From Bilabrum cf. latius (lineage: Eukaryota): a stretch of DNA of 64,000 nucleotides. The notes below the pieces were generated by a model, which had not been told where the DNA came from, searched no databases, and was given only the letters and a program-made list of their open reading frames with translations. Both the position numbers and the translations under genes were made by a program. The stretch covers positions 1,054,001 to 1,118,000 of the forward strand of contig OZ237744.1 of NCBI GenBank assembly GCA_965178125.1, given 5' to 3'. Below are positions 23,518 to 38,300 of this stretch, in pieces; within the stretch, counting starts at the first letter, position 1; each line of letters begins with the position of its first letter.

Positions 23518-24101
23518 TGCGCTCACTGATCTCACCCCGCAAGGTTGCCCCAGTGCGCACAGTGCCGAGAGGGAGCGTCTTGTTAACACGTCTAGGAGCG
23601 GCGCACGGACGTGCCCGTTGAGCCGGTTGGGTACCTTGAAGGCGCCGCGTGCGCTTCACGGCCTAGATTTAGGGACGCCACGTACACTAAAGATGCCAAG
23701 CACGTTGTGCAATTGACCGGTTTGTACATACAAGCCCACTGCCACGAATAGAAGGCATACGGGCAATGGGCTGTGTAGGGCCAGCAGCCAGCTTGTCCAG
23801 CCCGGCTCTCACCGTCAAGGGTGACAGGGCGCAGATCCCGTAGGTTGTATCAGGTGGCCTGCAGGCGGCCTTGGGAGAGCACTAGGACCGACACGGAACT
23901 CTCAGAGGCGTTGGCAAAGCTAAGCCAAAGAAGGCAAGAGTGTGGGTGCACGTGGCGAGGTAGTCTTAGACCGCAGGACAGACATGTGGCACTGCAAATG
24001 GCAGCAGCCCTGTGCACGAATGAACAGAAATACTCGTAACGCACCATCACTTGCGCGCAACACACGCATTCTCGCGGCCACTCGTCATACCCCGAATTGC
24101 A

Positions 24102-27100
24102 TCACCTTCCCACGCCTCTTTCGTGCTCGTTGTCATCGGGCGATGAGCTGTCCGCTCCCCCGTTCCCATCACTGCCCTCAGGACCATCGCCGCCCTCAGT
24201 TCCATCGCCACTGCCCAGCTATGGCGCCGCGGATGACCCGCTATTGTCACCCGTGCTCCTGCTTGCCTCCGTCCGCCGCGCTCGCCGTCTCCTCCTCAGC
24301 ATGAGCTGCTAAACCAATCGCATCCGCACCACCTCCACCATCTATTCCTACGAGAGCTGCGGCTGACTGCCAGTGGCAGCCTCCTCGCGACTGAACGGTG
24401 GCTCTGCCTCGTCAGGCCCCCCAGCACCAGTTCCAGGCCCCGCGGCGTCCACCTCATGGGCAACTCGTGCATCCACACCTGACCCCACAGGCCGTGCAGC
24501 ACCTGCATCAAACCCATCCTGTACCCCCTCTGCCCCCCGCCGCCTCTGCCGTGCATTTTGCAGGAACCTACGCACCAGTCCGCGCGACAGGCCATCCTCT
24601 CGATCCGCTTCACGGGCCTCCCGCTCGCGCCTAGCCTGGTCCCATGCCCAGCCCACCACGTCCTCGTCCATGCCGTCGGTCAGCTGCGGCATTCCTCTGT
24701 TCCTGCGCTCGCTGGACCAGCAAAGCAAGAAGACCTCTCGGGCCGTCAGGCTCTCGTACCGCACATCCTACCCAAGCATGCCAGCAACTTCGTCATGCCC
24801 ACTATCTCCCTGTACGCTGCACTGCCTGCTGGACACTATCGCGGTCTTCTGTTTGGGAGCCTCTGGATGTGCCGGGCCATCCCCAGCATCGGCCGTGAGC
24901 TCCACCAACTAAGTGGCTAGGCGGTAGGATCGCCGTCCCAGAGAGCTCAGGTGTTCTTCGAGCGCACATGCAGAGTCCCCGGATGGGCTCACGCCTGGAT
25001 GGCAATGCGCACTCGGTTGACTGGACAGTTCAGACGTTGCTGGCCTATCTGTAGATGCAGGGGCTGTCGCAACACTTTGGCAACCAGGCCGCTTCCGTGG
25101 TGACTACCGTGCTTCCAGCGCAACAGCAAGCCGCAGTATCTCCGATGCTTCCTCCTTGGCTGAGCCCCAATCAATGCTACCATCCACCAACTCGAGGCTG
25201 CCATCTGCATCTTTGTGACTACAACTTGGACCAGCCTCGCCGTCCCTTGCATTCCAAGGAGATCCCGGGTCGGCCCCCGCTCCATTGCCTGTCTGTGTAC
25301 TTTCGGACGCTCTCGCACGCACCGAACTCTAAGCCAAGCGCTTCGCCACTCGGCTCAATGCATGCATGCCCTCAGCAAGGAAGGTCGCGCAATGGTGAGC
25401 CGCTGCCACCGGTCTATCCACCTCGAGCATGCCACGACCAGCACGGGCCAATCGAGATACCAGCGAAGGCTGCAGAGCGCCTCCTCTCCGTGGCACTCTG
25501 CCAGAAGCCAGCGCGCCTCTAGGCCTGGAGTGCTATGAAAACCCCAGGCTGCGGTTGATAGGCGGCCACTTCCTCTATCCAGGAGACCACACGCCCACTG
25601 CGTGGTCCAGCCCGCTGACGGCCAGCTCCAGCCCTCGAGACCCAGGCCGAGCCCTGACGACGTTGGCGATGGTGCGGTCAGCTCGGAAGCACCCGATCAG
25701 CCTCGCCCGGCCACATTCCCGCTCAGCGTCTTGTAGCCCCAGGCGTGAAGCAGCTGCGAACATGACGGCCTCGGGGCGGCTGTCATCGCCGTTGCCCCTA
25801 TCAGCATCAGCACCAGCACCAGCACTCCAGCCACCCGCAGCACCGCCATCACCACCACCACCACCACCACCATCAGACACACCGGGCACCGATGATGCTT
25901 CGAGTGCGCCATCATGCGAGTCCACGGGCGAGCCACTGCTCCCAGCGGCCATCGTTTCAACGTCCCGTCTATGGGCAGCCTGGCGGTCGGCCATGTTCCT
26001 CTGCAGGGCCCCTTGGATGTCCCAGATAAACACGTGCCCGGTGGAGCTGCCCATGGCCACCGCGCCAGACCTTCCACCGACCCATTCGAGCCCTTTCTTC
26101 GTGCGACTGTGCAGCGCGCCGCTCCCCAGCACACATGCAGAGGCCGGCCTGCCCCCAGATGAGGCACCGCGGCCCCACCGAGATGCAGCTCGCCTGGCAC
26201 GCAGCGCTCTCCCCGTGGAGCTGTCGTACCTTGCCTGCGCAGAGCCCATCTGCCTCTGCAGGAACTCGATGTTCCAGGCCATGAGACCCCTCCGTCCAAT
26301 GCGAGAAAATTGGGGCATCGGACGGCGTGAGCGTGCAGGCAGGAGCGACCCCCCTGCGGCGCTGGCGCCATCGCTCGGGGTGGGGGGTGCTCTGTAGTAG
26401 CCAGGTGCGAGATCCTGTGCCAGTCGCATGCCAGGCACATCTGTGCCGAGCTCGTGACCCCCGAGAGAGAGGTAATTAATCATGTCTTGCCGGGAGGCCT
26501 AGAGCCAGGCGGGCGAAATGGCAGGCTCGCTGTGTGTAATGGTAGTAGTTTCTGCATGGAGTTGCTCTGTGGGCAGCTGCTCCGGTGGGCGTGCCGCACT
26601 CCACGGCACTTCCAGCAGGTGACCATGGGACGCATCGGGATGATGCAGCCCCAACCCAGACGTCGTTGGGTCTGCAAACACACGCACTCCACCCTTGATG
26701 CTGCAAGCAGCCACGAATGCCCCGTCGGGAGACCAGCGGACCCCCGTGGTGTGGGCTCGCAACATTGCTGGCTGCAGCGCCAATCGGTTCGTCGTGCTCG
26801 ACTCGGACGCACCCGTCTCGAAACCGCACCAGAGCTCAGCTACGCAGCATCTTGGCAGATCGTGCGATGCTCCTGCAGCGGGGGCGCTTGCGGCGCTCCG
26901 ACTGGCAGCGCTGTGTCCGGCAGTTGCTAGTCGGAGATCCACAATGAAAGCTGTCGGGTGACGTCCTGCCACTGCCAAGAGGTTCCCATGCTGAGGGCTC
27001 GCATCGACATCAGTTAAGCTGCACTTGAAGTCGACTACGAGCGAAGACGCCGTACTACTAGCAGCGCATCGAAGATCTGAAACGAAGATCTTGCCGTCGG

Positions 27101-27500
27101 CGCCCACCGAATACAGAATAGCAGGGGAGGAGAATGGAAAGCATATGCTATTGACCATATTCGAATGACAACTAATCTGACGGACAGTAGCGCAGTGCGG
27201 CCGTTCTAGTGTTAGCAAGTTGATAGTAGAGTCTGCAGCGCAGGTCGCAACAAGATCCTCCCGGCCAGGTGCGAATTCCACGCCAAATACGTTCCCACCA
27301 TGGCAAGTTTCTAATCGACAGCGGTATTGGTGCTGCATCCCGGCGGCCCAAATATGCACTCCCATGTCATCGCCGGCTGCGGCCAGGAGCCCGCCTGTAG
27401 TCGAGTAGCCCAGAGCGTTTATGCACCCGCTTGGCTGGCTCAAGCGCTAATCCCTCCTCATGGACGATGCCTCTATTACTGACACGAGAGACGACACCAT
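24102..27500 (-). CDS. WD40-repeat protein (DCAF8/DCAF5-like N-terminus) with long low-complexity C-terminus
   Basis: GCINALGYS, HGGNVFGVEF, GSSTGHVFIWD and AVSGLDHAVGVWSP. Single frame with about 12 TAGs; ends TGA. Confidence 0.8.
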
Positions 27501-27710
27501 CGCTCGGCCGGCCTTTCATTGCATCGGCGAGTAGCCGCTACAGATTCTACGGAACCGGAAAGGGATCGATCCGGAGCAGCGAAAAAGTGGTTGAAAAGTA
27601 GCACAGCTTAGCAGTGTACGCGCACAAGTGGAAACAGAAGAGTTCATTCACGTGTTGAAATAACAGACACCGCTGATTCGCGAAGCCCCACTTTGCAGGC
27701 CGCCCTCGGC

Positions 27711-29098
27711 TCAGAACCCGAACACTGGGTTGTGCCTGGCGATCCTGGACCCCTCCTCTTCGTACTGGGCCTTGGTGTGGCAGAACTTGGGGAACTGCTC
27801 CGTGCTCGCCATCATGGACCCGCCGAAGAACACTGCGAACCTCTGCATGCCGTGGGTCACCACCTTGACCTTGACCTCGCTCCCCGCGAACTTGGTCCCC
27901 AGCTTGGCCATGCGGGCCTTGTTGGCCTCGAACCTGTCCGAGACGATCCCCCGGAGGTCCTGCTGCAGCCTCTTGCCGAAGTTCTTCAGCAAGGTGGAGC
28001 CGCCGCTGAGCACCACGTTGCTGTAGAGGGCCCTCTTGGCGTCGATGGGGGAGGCCTGGATGGCGCGGTCCACCAGCTGCGGCAGTGGGGTCGGGTGCTT
28101 GTCGTCGTAGATCTCGGGGTTGAAGAACATCTCGCCCGCCAGGAACTTCTCGTACCCGATGTCGATGGACCAGGGCTTCTTCGTGCGCGGGTCCACCCCT
28201 GTCATCTTGGAGATGTGCTTGTCGGGCTTCGCGTCGTACCTCCTGAACTCGTCTGCCAGGTCCCTGCATACGTAGGCGTGCTTCTCCTTGACGGTCTTGG
28301 CCACGTCAAGGGCGATGGAGGGAGGCACAGGCTCCCCGCGCTCCCGCAGCTGCTGCTGGATGAACTTGGTGATGTCCAGGCCTGCCAGCGGGACGTGCCG
28401 GATGCAGGAGCCGAGCACGTACCCGTCCGAGATGGGAATCACGTGGGTGACGCCGTCGCCCGAATCGATGACCGTGCCCGTGAGGGTGCGGTCCTCCTCC
28501 TTGGCTCGGAACGGCCACGAGGCAGCCAGGGCGAGCACAGCCTGCACAGCAATGTACATGCCCGGCACGTTGAACGTCTCGAACATGATCTCGGCGGCCT
28601 GCTCCCTATTCTCGGGGGGATTCAGCGGCGGCTCGGTGAGGAGCACGTGGTGCTCCTCCGGGTCGCATCGCAAATAGCGGTAAAAGCACCGCTGCCAGAT
28701 TCGCTCCATGTCATTCCAGTTATCGATAAGGCCGTGGCGAATAGGGTACTTGAGACCAAAGGCGGCGGCTCGGGCTGTTGCCTCGTCGCCAATCGCAAAC
28801 TCCAAGTCCTGCAACCCAGCCTTGCTACGCACAAAGTCGTCGCTGCCCAGATCAACCTTTGACGAAATCGCAGTTGGCACAATATACGACGGTTCTGCGT
28901 TGCCGGCGTAACCCATCTTAGTGTAACTGCGGTAGGGTGCGAAGCCATGAAGCTCGGTCGGCGAGTGCAATTCGAGAGATGCTGAATCGTCAGTCGCAAT
29001 CACAACAGTCAGGAGCGCGCGGCACGAGCACCTTAATACATCGATAACCAATTTACTTACCCGGTACCATTATCAATCACGACGGCTGGCTTATCCAT
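27711..29098 (-). CDS. ARP3: Actin-related protein 3 (intron 29060-28927)
   Basis: PAVVIDNGTG|YTKMGYAGN, LLTEPPLNPPENRE, AVQAVLALAASW and RHNPVF. No TAG; ends TGA. Confidence 0.97.
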
Positions 29099-29363
29099 GG
29101 GCCAATCGGATCCAACCATGTCCTGCGCAGAGTCTCCTGCACCCCCTGCGGCAGCACCGCTACCCGCACCTGATGACGCCATGAATCAAATAACAAACGA
29201 TACGGTTTTAACTTCAAGTCTCCAGATGAGACCGCCACAGAACCGCAAATCGCTACAATCCTGTATCTCGCCGACCAATTCCAGCGTATCGCCGCGCATT
29301 GATTGCGGAACCGCGTAGCAGGGAGTGGGACGAAATGTCATCTACGAGTTGTCTAGAACAAGT

Positions 29364-32300
29364 TCAGTCGTTCTGCTTTATCCCAATCACGTGCATGTGA
29401 CCCAGCCCGAACACTGCCCGAGCGGCAGGAGCCCCTGCTGTGCCTGCCTGCCCCCGTACGATCGCACGCACCGCAGCTCCGATCCCTGCCACCTGCATGC
29501 TGCCTTGCCCCTCCCCTTGCGCTTCCTCTTCCCCTTCTGTGCCCTCTCCTCTCACAGCACCGCTCTCCTGTATCATGCCGGAGTCCATCCACCCCGCGAA
29601 TCGCTCCAGCGCCTCCTCCTCGTCGCCCACGGTGCTCGCCCACGGCTTGCACACCACAGCCTGCACACCCGCCAGTGTGAGGAGCGCGGCGGTGCCCAGC
29701 CAACCCTCCAGAGCCACTTGTTCCCTGGACATCCCGCTGCGGTGCCGCAGCACCCGCCGAGAGGCCATCTGGCTGCCGCACCGGTCCCCCACCCACGCGA
29801 ACCTGCTGCGGCCCCCGCACGCCCCTGCGAGCGAGCCCGCTGGCACGGCAGCAGCGAAGGGCCCAGGGCCCGCGAAAATAAATCCACCTCCAGACGCCTT
29901 CTCGGTATCGACCCTGGGATCCGCCGCATCTGACTCGGACCCGCACCCGTTCACCAGCGCCACCAGGCCCTCGGGCAGCTCCTCTGCCGCAGCCGCCTCC
30001 TCGTCCTCGCCCTCCTCCTCCCCTGTGCCCTGGGTCGGCGGCCTGGCGGGTGCAGGGAACTGCAGTGCAGCGACGTCGTACCCTGCAGGCATGGGATCCC
30101 GGCCCACGCGCTGTCTCTGCAGCAGCTCCAGCACAGTGCCCGCGCTGGGCAGGGCAGACGTGGCCCCGACACCCGCCCAGCCGCTGGGGAACAGCGCCTC
30201 GTCCTCCTCGCCGCCACCTGCCCTCGGGGAGCCCTTCTTATTGCCACCCTTCGCCTTGCCCCTCCCCTTGTCCTTGCCCTTCCCCTTAGGCGATTGCTTC
30301 TTGCCCCCGGCCCCCGCAGGCCCGTCGCCCCCCTCATCCACACCGACGGACCCAGGCTCCGGTCGAGCGTCATACCTCTGGCCCCGGCGCAGCACGGAAG
30401 CGAACCCACCACCGAGGCCCTCACCAGCCCCAGATGACGCCGCCCCGTTCTCCCCCACCCCTGCCTCGCCAGCAGCGACTGTCTCCATGAACGGGTCAAC
30501 CACGAACCCCACTGCGGCCCCGCTGGCCGGCGGCACCATCCCTGCATCCCTCGGGTCACTGCCCGCGCCGGGGAACAGGGCAAGGTGCTCCCCGAGGTGG
30601 TGACCCGCCGCCCCCGCCGCTGTTCCCCGGCTCTTATCCGCGAAACCCGCGGCATCGAATGCCCCCGCCGCCCTGTCGCCCACAGCAAACGCCCCGCAGG
30701 GCTGGATCGCGGTGTTGACCCCTGCCGCCGCGCTGGCCAAGGGCACGGACAGGGCCCGCGACAGGGCGTGTCTGCTGGCCATCACGTGAAGGGAGAAGTC
30801 CCGAGCCACGCTCGAGCAGTCATTCAGGCAGGGAAGCGACTCCCACGGCAGCCCAGCCACGGTATGGTGCGCCAGCACGACGATAGGCCCGGAGCTGCCG
30901 GACAGCGCGCCGATCACCGGGGCGGGCAGCACTGTTCCCTCGATGAACGTGGAGCACTCCTCCACGAGACCCTCGAGCTCCAGGGCGCACCGCTCTGCCT
31001 CTGCCGCCTCTCCGGATGCGAGCAGCCGCGCGGACTCGTCCTGCATCGCGTTGCAGCGCTCCGCCAGCCGGACCAGCTCGAGCTCCTGCGCCTCGGTCAG
31101 CTGCACCCGCGCCGTGGCCGCCGCAGTCGCGGCTCCCGCCGCGATGCCGCCCGAGGCGCGCGTCGCCAGCGAGACGTGCAGCGCCCTGCTTCGCTCGCTG
31201 CGGTGCACGAGCAACACTCGGGCTCCCGGCGGGATGCACCGCATGCAGGCGCGCAAGGGCCGGGACGCGTCCAAGAACCTCGCCGCGAGCAGCCTCTGCG
31301 TCGCTTTGCGCTCTGCCGCAGCCACCACCGGACTCGCAAAGCAGGGTCCGGCGCCTCGCAGGATCACCCCGGTGACCCGCTGACGCGCCATGACGTCAGC
31401 AGCCCGCACCACGGGTCCGTCACCCAGGTCTGCCAGCACCTGCCCCACGGGGTGCCCGGGGTCGCTGCTGCAGGCTGCGCGCAGCACGCCGTGCAGGTGA
31501 AGCGCCGCCTCGCAGCTGCCCGCCGATGCAGCGAGCTCCCACAGAGCTTCCTGCCCGGCCGATGAATCGCCCGCACGGTCCAGCGCAGTCTCCAGCGCGT
31601 CTCGAGCGCCCTGGAGATCTCCCGATACGATGCATGCGGCGGCAGCACGCACCAGCTCGTGGCAAACCGCTGGCAGTGCATCGAGGATGGCGGGGCGCGC
31701 GAGGTCAGAGACGTACACAGGAGCGGGCGGGTGAGAGGGAGAGGCGCCGGACGACGACGAGTCCGACGCATCTTTCGATGATCCCTTCCCTTTTGCCTTG
31801 CCCTTCCCTTTGGCCGCCTTCTTGCCCTTGCCCTTGCCTTTGCCTTTGCCTTTGCCCCCGCTTGCATCGGCTCCCGCCCCTTCCTCGCCTGTCCCACCAC
31901 TGGCCCCCGCCACCCCAGCGGCCACGGCCGCCTGCACGCCCTCCACAGCAGAGCCCAAGGCCTCCAGCATCGCCGACTCGCGGTCGGAGCCGCCGCCCGC
32001 GAGCGCATGGCTGCCCCCTGCTCGCACGGCAGCCAGGCACGCCACGGCCACCTGCAGCACGGCAGAGGCGCGGCTCCGGAGGGTGACGTCCCCGATGGGA
32101 CACAGCCCTGCCGCCTGCTCCGCCTCGGCTGCAGCCGCCCCCAGCTGTCCCATGCACTCCGCTGCCACGCGCCCTTCGCCCGCATCGCGCTCCTTGGCTA
32201 GGTACAGCCCCACGGGGTCCTCGGCGAAGGTCTCCTCCGTCAGCCTCTCCTCCTCCCGACGGGCGAGGGCCCGGGCCCGGGCTGCCTGGATCCTCAGCTG

Positions 32301-35300
32301 CGCGCCGCAGAGCAGGGAATGACCCGCCTCGGCTGCCAGCTCCCCACCGGCAGGGAGGCCTCGCCCCACGCCTCCGTCTCGCTGCACCGCTCGCGCGAGC
32401 AGCTGTCCCGCCTTGGAGACCAGCTCTGCGCGGTCGTGCAGCGAGGCCAGTCGGCGCTTCGCACGAGCCGCCAGCACGGCGGACCTTGCCTCGTTTGACC
32501 CGAACTCGCCCGCGCCGTCCACCGGGGCCGATTCCCAGGGCGCAGCGAGGCAATCCGACAGACGGGCCAAGCAGCGGGCCAGGGGCACAGGTAGGCCAGA
32601 GGCCTGGGCTGCCTGCAGTGCCCTGGCTCCATGCGCCTGCAGCACCTCCCACTCCTCCCTCCACGCGGGACTGCCCGAGGACCGGATGTCTCGGAGCCGG
32701 GCCGCAGCCAGCGCCGCCAGCTCGCCGTGCGCCCACGCCAGAGCCGAGAGGAAGCTCAGTCCAGAGGCGGAAGAGACCTTGGGGCTCGGCGGGGGCAAGG
32801 GCTGGCTGGCCTGCTCCAGCACGGCGGCCCGAGCCACTCGCGCGGCTGCCTCGAATTCCTCCTGGCTGGCACCGGGCATCGCCGATTGCCTCTCTCTCTC
32901 CCTCTGACGGGCGGCCGCCAGGTCAGCAGTAGCGGGCGCCTCCCCCCTGGCCACCTGACCGATAGAGCCGGTGCTGCCCAGCGGGGCCAGCTCCTCGGAG
33001 GCCGCCGGTCGCAGCAGCCGGCGAGCCTCCGCTGCCTCATCCGCCGCCGTGATGAACGGCCGTTCCTCCAGACCACCCCCGAAGCATGCCTGCAGGAAGC
33101 TGCCCACCGCTAGGCTCTCGCTATGCTGGTACTGCCGCTGTCCCTTACCACCCCCTTCCTCTTCTTCGTCCTCCTCAGCCCCGGCAAGTACTCTAGGTGA
33201 GCCGCTCGTTGGAGGCAGCGAGGCCTCCCAGGCGGCTGCTGCGGAAGTAAGCACTGCCTGGCAGTCGATGGGCCGCCCGGCTCGCCGCAAGCACAGGGCG
33301 AGTGTGGCCACGCGGGCCATCCAGGTCCGCACATCGGCGCTGCCCGTCTGCTGGAGTGCCTCTAGAGCCACGTCGGCTGCCCGCCTGGGCCTCCCTTCCT
33401 GCAGCAGCAGGCTAGCCCGGCAGTGCAGGATCCTGCACGCGCACTCCGAGTCGGCAAATGCACGGGCGTGCCTCGCTGCTTCACGCAGGAGCGACCGGAC
33501 CGCCTCGCCCGCCGCGCTGCCCCTCATCAGCAGCTGCTCCTCGGCTAGGGACACCCATGCGTGCCTGGGCGCGCCGCCGATGGCAGAGGCCGGCACCCTC
33601 GGCACGGCCGCGATCCCGCCCGTGGCCCCTCCCTCCCGCACGGCCAGAGCGCGCTGCATCCCCGCCCTCGTCACACTCGCCATCGAGTCCCGCCGCGTCC
33701 TGCCCCTGGCAGCCACGTCCCGCAGCGGGACCAGCCCAAGGAGGGCGTCCACCCTCTACGCCTCTGCAGCGGCGCCCTCGGCGTCTTCCCTCAGGCTGGC
33801 CTCCCCCTCGCACGACAGGGCCTCGGCGAGGTCGAGGGACTCGGCCGCAGACCGGCTCGCATCGTGCATGCGCCGGTCCCCCGAGCTCTCCGTGACCCAG
33901 GCCTACAGCCCTGCCACGGCCAGCTGCCCCAGCGCATCTTCTGGCTCGCCCTCCGCAGCCCCGGGCAGCTGAGCCAGGAGCGTCTGCAGGAGCACCACGG
34001 GCCCCGCTTCCTGACCCAGCCCCGCCTCCCGCAGCAGCTCACGGAGCAGCCGGAGCAGGCCCAGCACTGCCCCCACACCGGGGACAGCTGCCCTACCCAG
34101 GGCGAAGGAGGCATAGGCGCGGCTCACCTTGCCCGGCTCATCGCACAGGAACTCCCAGGCGCTCGACCAGCGAGACGAGGAGGAGGAAGCTGAGGCTGAG
34201 GACTAGCTGCTGCTGCTTCCAACGTTGCCATCTTGCCCCGCGCTGTCGCCCGCATCACCGGGACTGGCGGGATCTCCGGACCCGGACTCTGCCACCAGAG
34301 CGGACTCTGCCAGCTACACCCAGCCGGCGGCATCCTCAGGCAGGACTGGGCACCCCTTCGCGGCCTCCCGCACGATCCATTCGCCCGCGTTCTGCACAGC
34401 CGCGCGCTCCGAGCGCGGCAGTTTCTTGAACCTGCGCTCGGCCTGGCTCTGCGCGCAGGCCCACGCAGTCAATCTGAGGGCCCCCGCGGCCCAGTGCGCC
34501 GCTTCGACGAGAGCACCGGTCAGCTCGGTGCCGGACTCTGCGAGCAGAGCCAGCCCCACGTGTCCCCGCACCAGAGCCAGGGCGTGCTGCACCCCAGGCC
34601 GCGCGGGCCAGTCGTTGAGCTTCTCGTCCTCCTCGGCTGCGCCCGTGCCTAGATGGGACGAGGAGGCAGCGGAGCTCGCGCCGCCCCCCGAGGCACGACT
34701 GCCAGCCACACTGCCGGGGGCCTGCGAGCTGGCGGCCGCAGAGCCCGCCCAGCCCACGGACCCCGTGGCACCAGAGGCAGCCCCCGGGCGCCCCCTGCTG
34801 CCCCTGAACGAGGACCCCGAGATCGAGGTGGCCCCCTTGGCTCTCGAGTCAGCCACGCTCCCGCCCCCTCCCCCATCCCCGACCATGCCATGCTGGCCCC
34901 CTTCCACCTCGTCCTCCGCCCTAGAGAACACGTCGTGGAACATGGACACGGCCTCCAGTAGCAGGCCGCGGACCTTGCCTCGGGGGGTGCGCATGCTGCC
35001 CAGCCACTCGGCCATCTCGAGGAGCACCCAGGCGCGGCTGAAGCGTCCCTCTAGCACTTCGAGAGCGGTTCGGAAGTACTTGAACCTGTCCTTGTGCACG
35101 GCCGCCGCCCTGGTGAGCGAGAGCAGCACCTCTGCGCGCAGCGTGGGGGGTCCCGCCTGCAGGTGCGACAGAGCCGCCTGCGTGTCCAGCCCCAGCTCCG
35201 CCTGCGTCTGCACGAACACGCTCCACAGTGGGTGCTGCGCCTGCTAGGGAACAACCGCGAATGCCTCGGTGAGCAGCTCCAGCGCAGCGTGCCTCTCTTT

Positions 35301-38300
35301 TGTCGCCAGCATCGCGCGGGCCGCTCTGGCGCCCACCGCGGCCAGCAGCCTCGGGTCAGACGCGTCGCCCACGTCGATGTACGCTCGGAAGGCGCACCGG
35401 AGGGGGGCCACCAGCTGGCCCCTGGTGACCTCGGACTTGTCCAGGGGACCCACCGCGCTCAGCAGCGCGAGGCAACCCTGGTACACCGCGGCCGCGTCGC
35501 GGGCGGCGGCCGACCAACGGCACGCGAGGGCCAGCTGCAGCACGGCCCCCCGCCGCAGCACGTCCCGCTGGCTCCTCTGCTGCGTGCCCGCGTCCACCAT
35601 CGCCAGCAGGCAGCGGCCCTTGGTGGCACACGCGAGCGCCCACCAACGCGCAGCCCTCGCCGTCGTGGCCGTGGACCTCCGAGGATCCGCAGAGCGCGCG
35701 GCGCCGACGCCCTCTGCAGCCATCGCGTCGCGGGGCCGCGGAGGAGCCTGGACAGCGGAACCGGCGCCGCGCGCGCCCTCAACCACGGCCCTCGGGGCGT
35801 AGGCCATGCAGTTGTCGCAGCACGCGATCGCATCTCCCAGCAGACCCGCCTCCTCGAAGGCCTGCGCGGCAGTGGCCCAGCCCGCACACGCCAGGGCCAG
35901 CCCCTCGACGCCAAGCTGCCAGAGAACAGTCTCCCTGGGCTGCCCGGGCGCCTTGCTCCACACCATGGCGGCCAGCCATGCCGGAATGGGCGCGTCCGAT
36001 GGGTCCTAGGGAAGAGCAGGGGCTTCCCCATCCTCCTTTCCCTTGCCCTTGGCACTGCCCTTGGCACTGCCCTTGCCTCCAGCCCTTGCCGACCCGCGGG
36101 CGCTCGGCGCCTGGCTGCCAGTCCCCGACGCGGCCTCAGCTGCGGCGGCTCCCGCCACTTGCTTCAAAGACATCCCGGGAGACACGGTTGCGGCCACGGC
36201 TCCGGGCAGCCTCGAGGCAGCATCTGCCACCCGCTCGGCTGCCTCGAATCGCCCGGGCAGTGGGACACCCTGGTGCTGGGCCACGGCGCGCCACAGAGAA
36301 AAATCGGCCAGGGGCCCGCCCCCCATGTCGCACCCGCTCTCCCCGCATGCGCCGTCACCCACTCCTCCCGACAGCTACGCCACCGCACTCACAGGCCTCA
36401 CATCGGTCCCGTCCAGCCGGAATCGCATCGCCGCCTCGGACGGCTGGTCGTGTGCCCCCCCAGCCCTCTCCAGCCCGAGCATGCTCATGGGGATCGGGGG
36501 CAGCGGCAGCGCGCCATCGGGCTAGGCGGGCGCGAGCGCCACACGGAGCACGCCGGCCCACCTGGCCTCCAACGCACTCGTCACACCAGCCATCCCACCG
36601 AGCCTCGCATGCCTGGCCTGCAGGAGCCCCTTCATCTGCCTCAGCTCCCTTTGTGCCTCTTTCCCCTCCCTCGCACCTGCAGGGCTGCAGCCTCGAAGGG
36701 CCGCCTCGAGGTGCTCGGGAGACGCGCCCACCGCGCATGCACCGGGTCCCGTCTCCTGGTCCTTGCCGCCCGTGAGCTCCACTCCTGCCACCAGGCAGCG
36801 GGCCATCACGTCCAGCAAGGGAACGAGCTGCTGCGGCCGAGGCGGGCCGAAGTGCCCGCTGCCCCCGGGACGAACCAGCACATCGGCCGGGATATACTCC
36901 GGAAGCCTGGGCCACGCGAGCGCCACCACGCCCAGCGCGTCCCCCATGCAGCCACCCGAGGGAGACAGGGCCACCGCGGGCCCCTCCATCTCAAACTCAG
37001 TCCCCTCTGCGTCCTCGTCATCCTCCCCATCGATGTCCTGCCATGGCTCGGAGGCACCTGCTCCTGCCCCGAAGAGCGCCGCCAGAGCGAGATCCTTCTG
37101 GGACCGGCAGCGGGCGCACAGAAGAGCCGTTCCAAGGGCAACAAGGGGAGTCGGGCCATCGCTGTTCCCTGGATCGCTCCCGCTGCCGCCGGAGGGCTCC
37201 ATCAAGGGCACCGGCTCCGACCCGACGTCGGCCAGCGCGAACCCGACCAGCACCCTACTCGGGTCCTCTACACCTGGCACCGCCGTGGCCAAGCTGCCCA
37301 TCTTCCCCTCCATTCCTCCGGCCAAGGACCCGGGGCCCAGCACCGGGTAGCTGCATAGCGCCACTGCCAGCCGCCACTCGGCCGCTGCCGCCTCCCACCG
37401 CCCGCCCGCGAAGTGCACCGCAGCCGAGGACTCGGCCGCCCTCGCGCCCGCAAGCGCGCAGGTCAGCACGAGCTCCGCCCGCTGCGAGCCCAGCGCGACC
37501 AGGGCCGCCAGACCCTCGCTCCAAGCCGCACGGAGGCCGGGCAGCAGGGCGTGCGGGTCGAACGCGTCCTCAGCCAGCACATCCCGGTGGGAGTTCAGCA
37601 GTCGCGCCACCGCCGTCTCGACCGCCCACGCGCTGCCCAGCACCAGGCCCCTGGCGATCGCCGACCGGAAGGCGAAGAGGCAGCCGGTCTTCTCCGCGAG
37701 CAGACCGCCGGGCACGCCGGCAGGCGCCCAGCCCAGCGACATGGCCTGAGCCAGCGTCCTCTGCCGCCAGCTGTAGGCAGGTGCGCGCACGATCGGCGGC
37801 GCACCGCCTGGGAGACCGGCCGCTAGCGCCGCCTCGTCCTCGTCTTCCTCCTCGTCGTCTGACTCGTCGTCCTCTTCCTCTCTCCCCTTCCCCTTTCCCT
37901 CGGTGGCCACTTCCACCGACAGCGCGGCCACGGCCTCGACCAGCTGCTCCAGCAGGGGCACTGCATCGCTCACGCCCTCGTCCCGGCCCTCCCCACGAGC
38001 AGCCTGCAAAGCGGCGGAGAGCGCCTGCCTGACGCTGGCAGCCACCTCGCAGGACAGGCCTCTGCGGCTGGGTCGGAGGCTCGCTGCAAGCTCGGCCTGC
38101 CCTCTGATCACCCCAGCGAGCCCCTCCGCCTCCCAGACCTGTGGCTCCTCCGCGGGCAACTCACGCAGCCAGGCGTGCCTGCCTTGCCCAACCACGCGAT
38201 CGCCCCCGCGCATGTCCGCGGTCAGCAGGGCACCGGCGGCTCCCGCACTGCACCCTGTCGCGCCCTCTATCTCGTCCAATGCGGCCAGGATGGCGGCACT

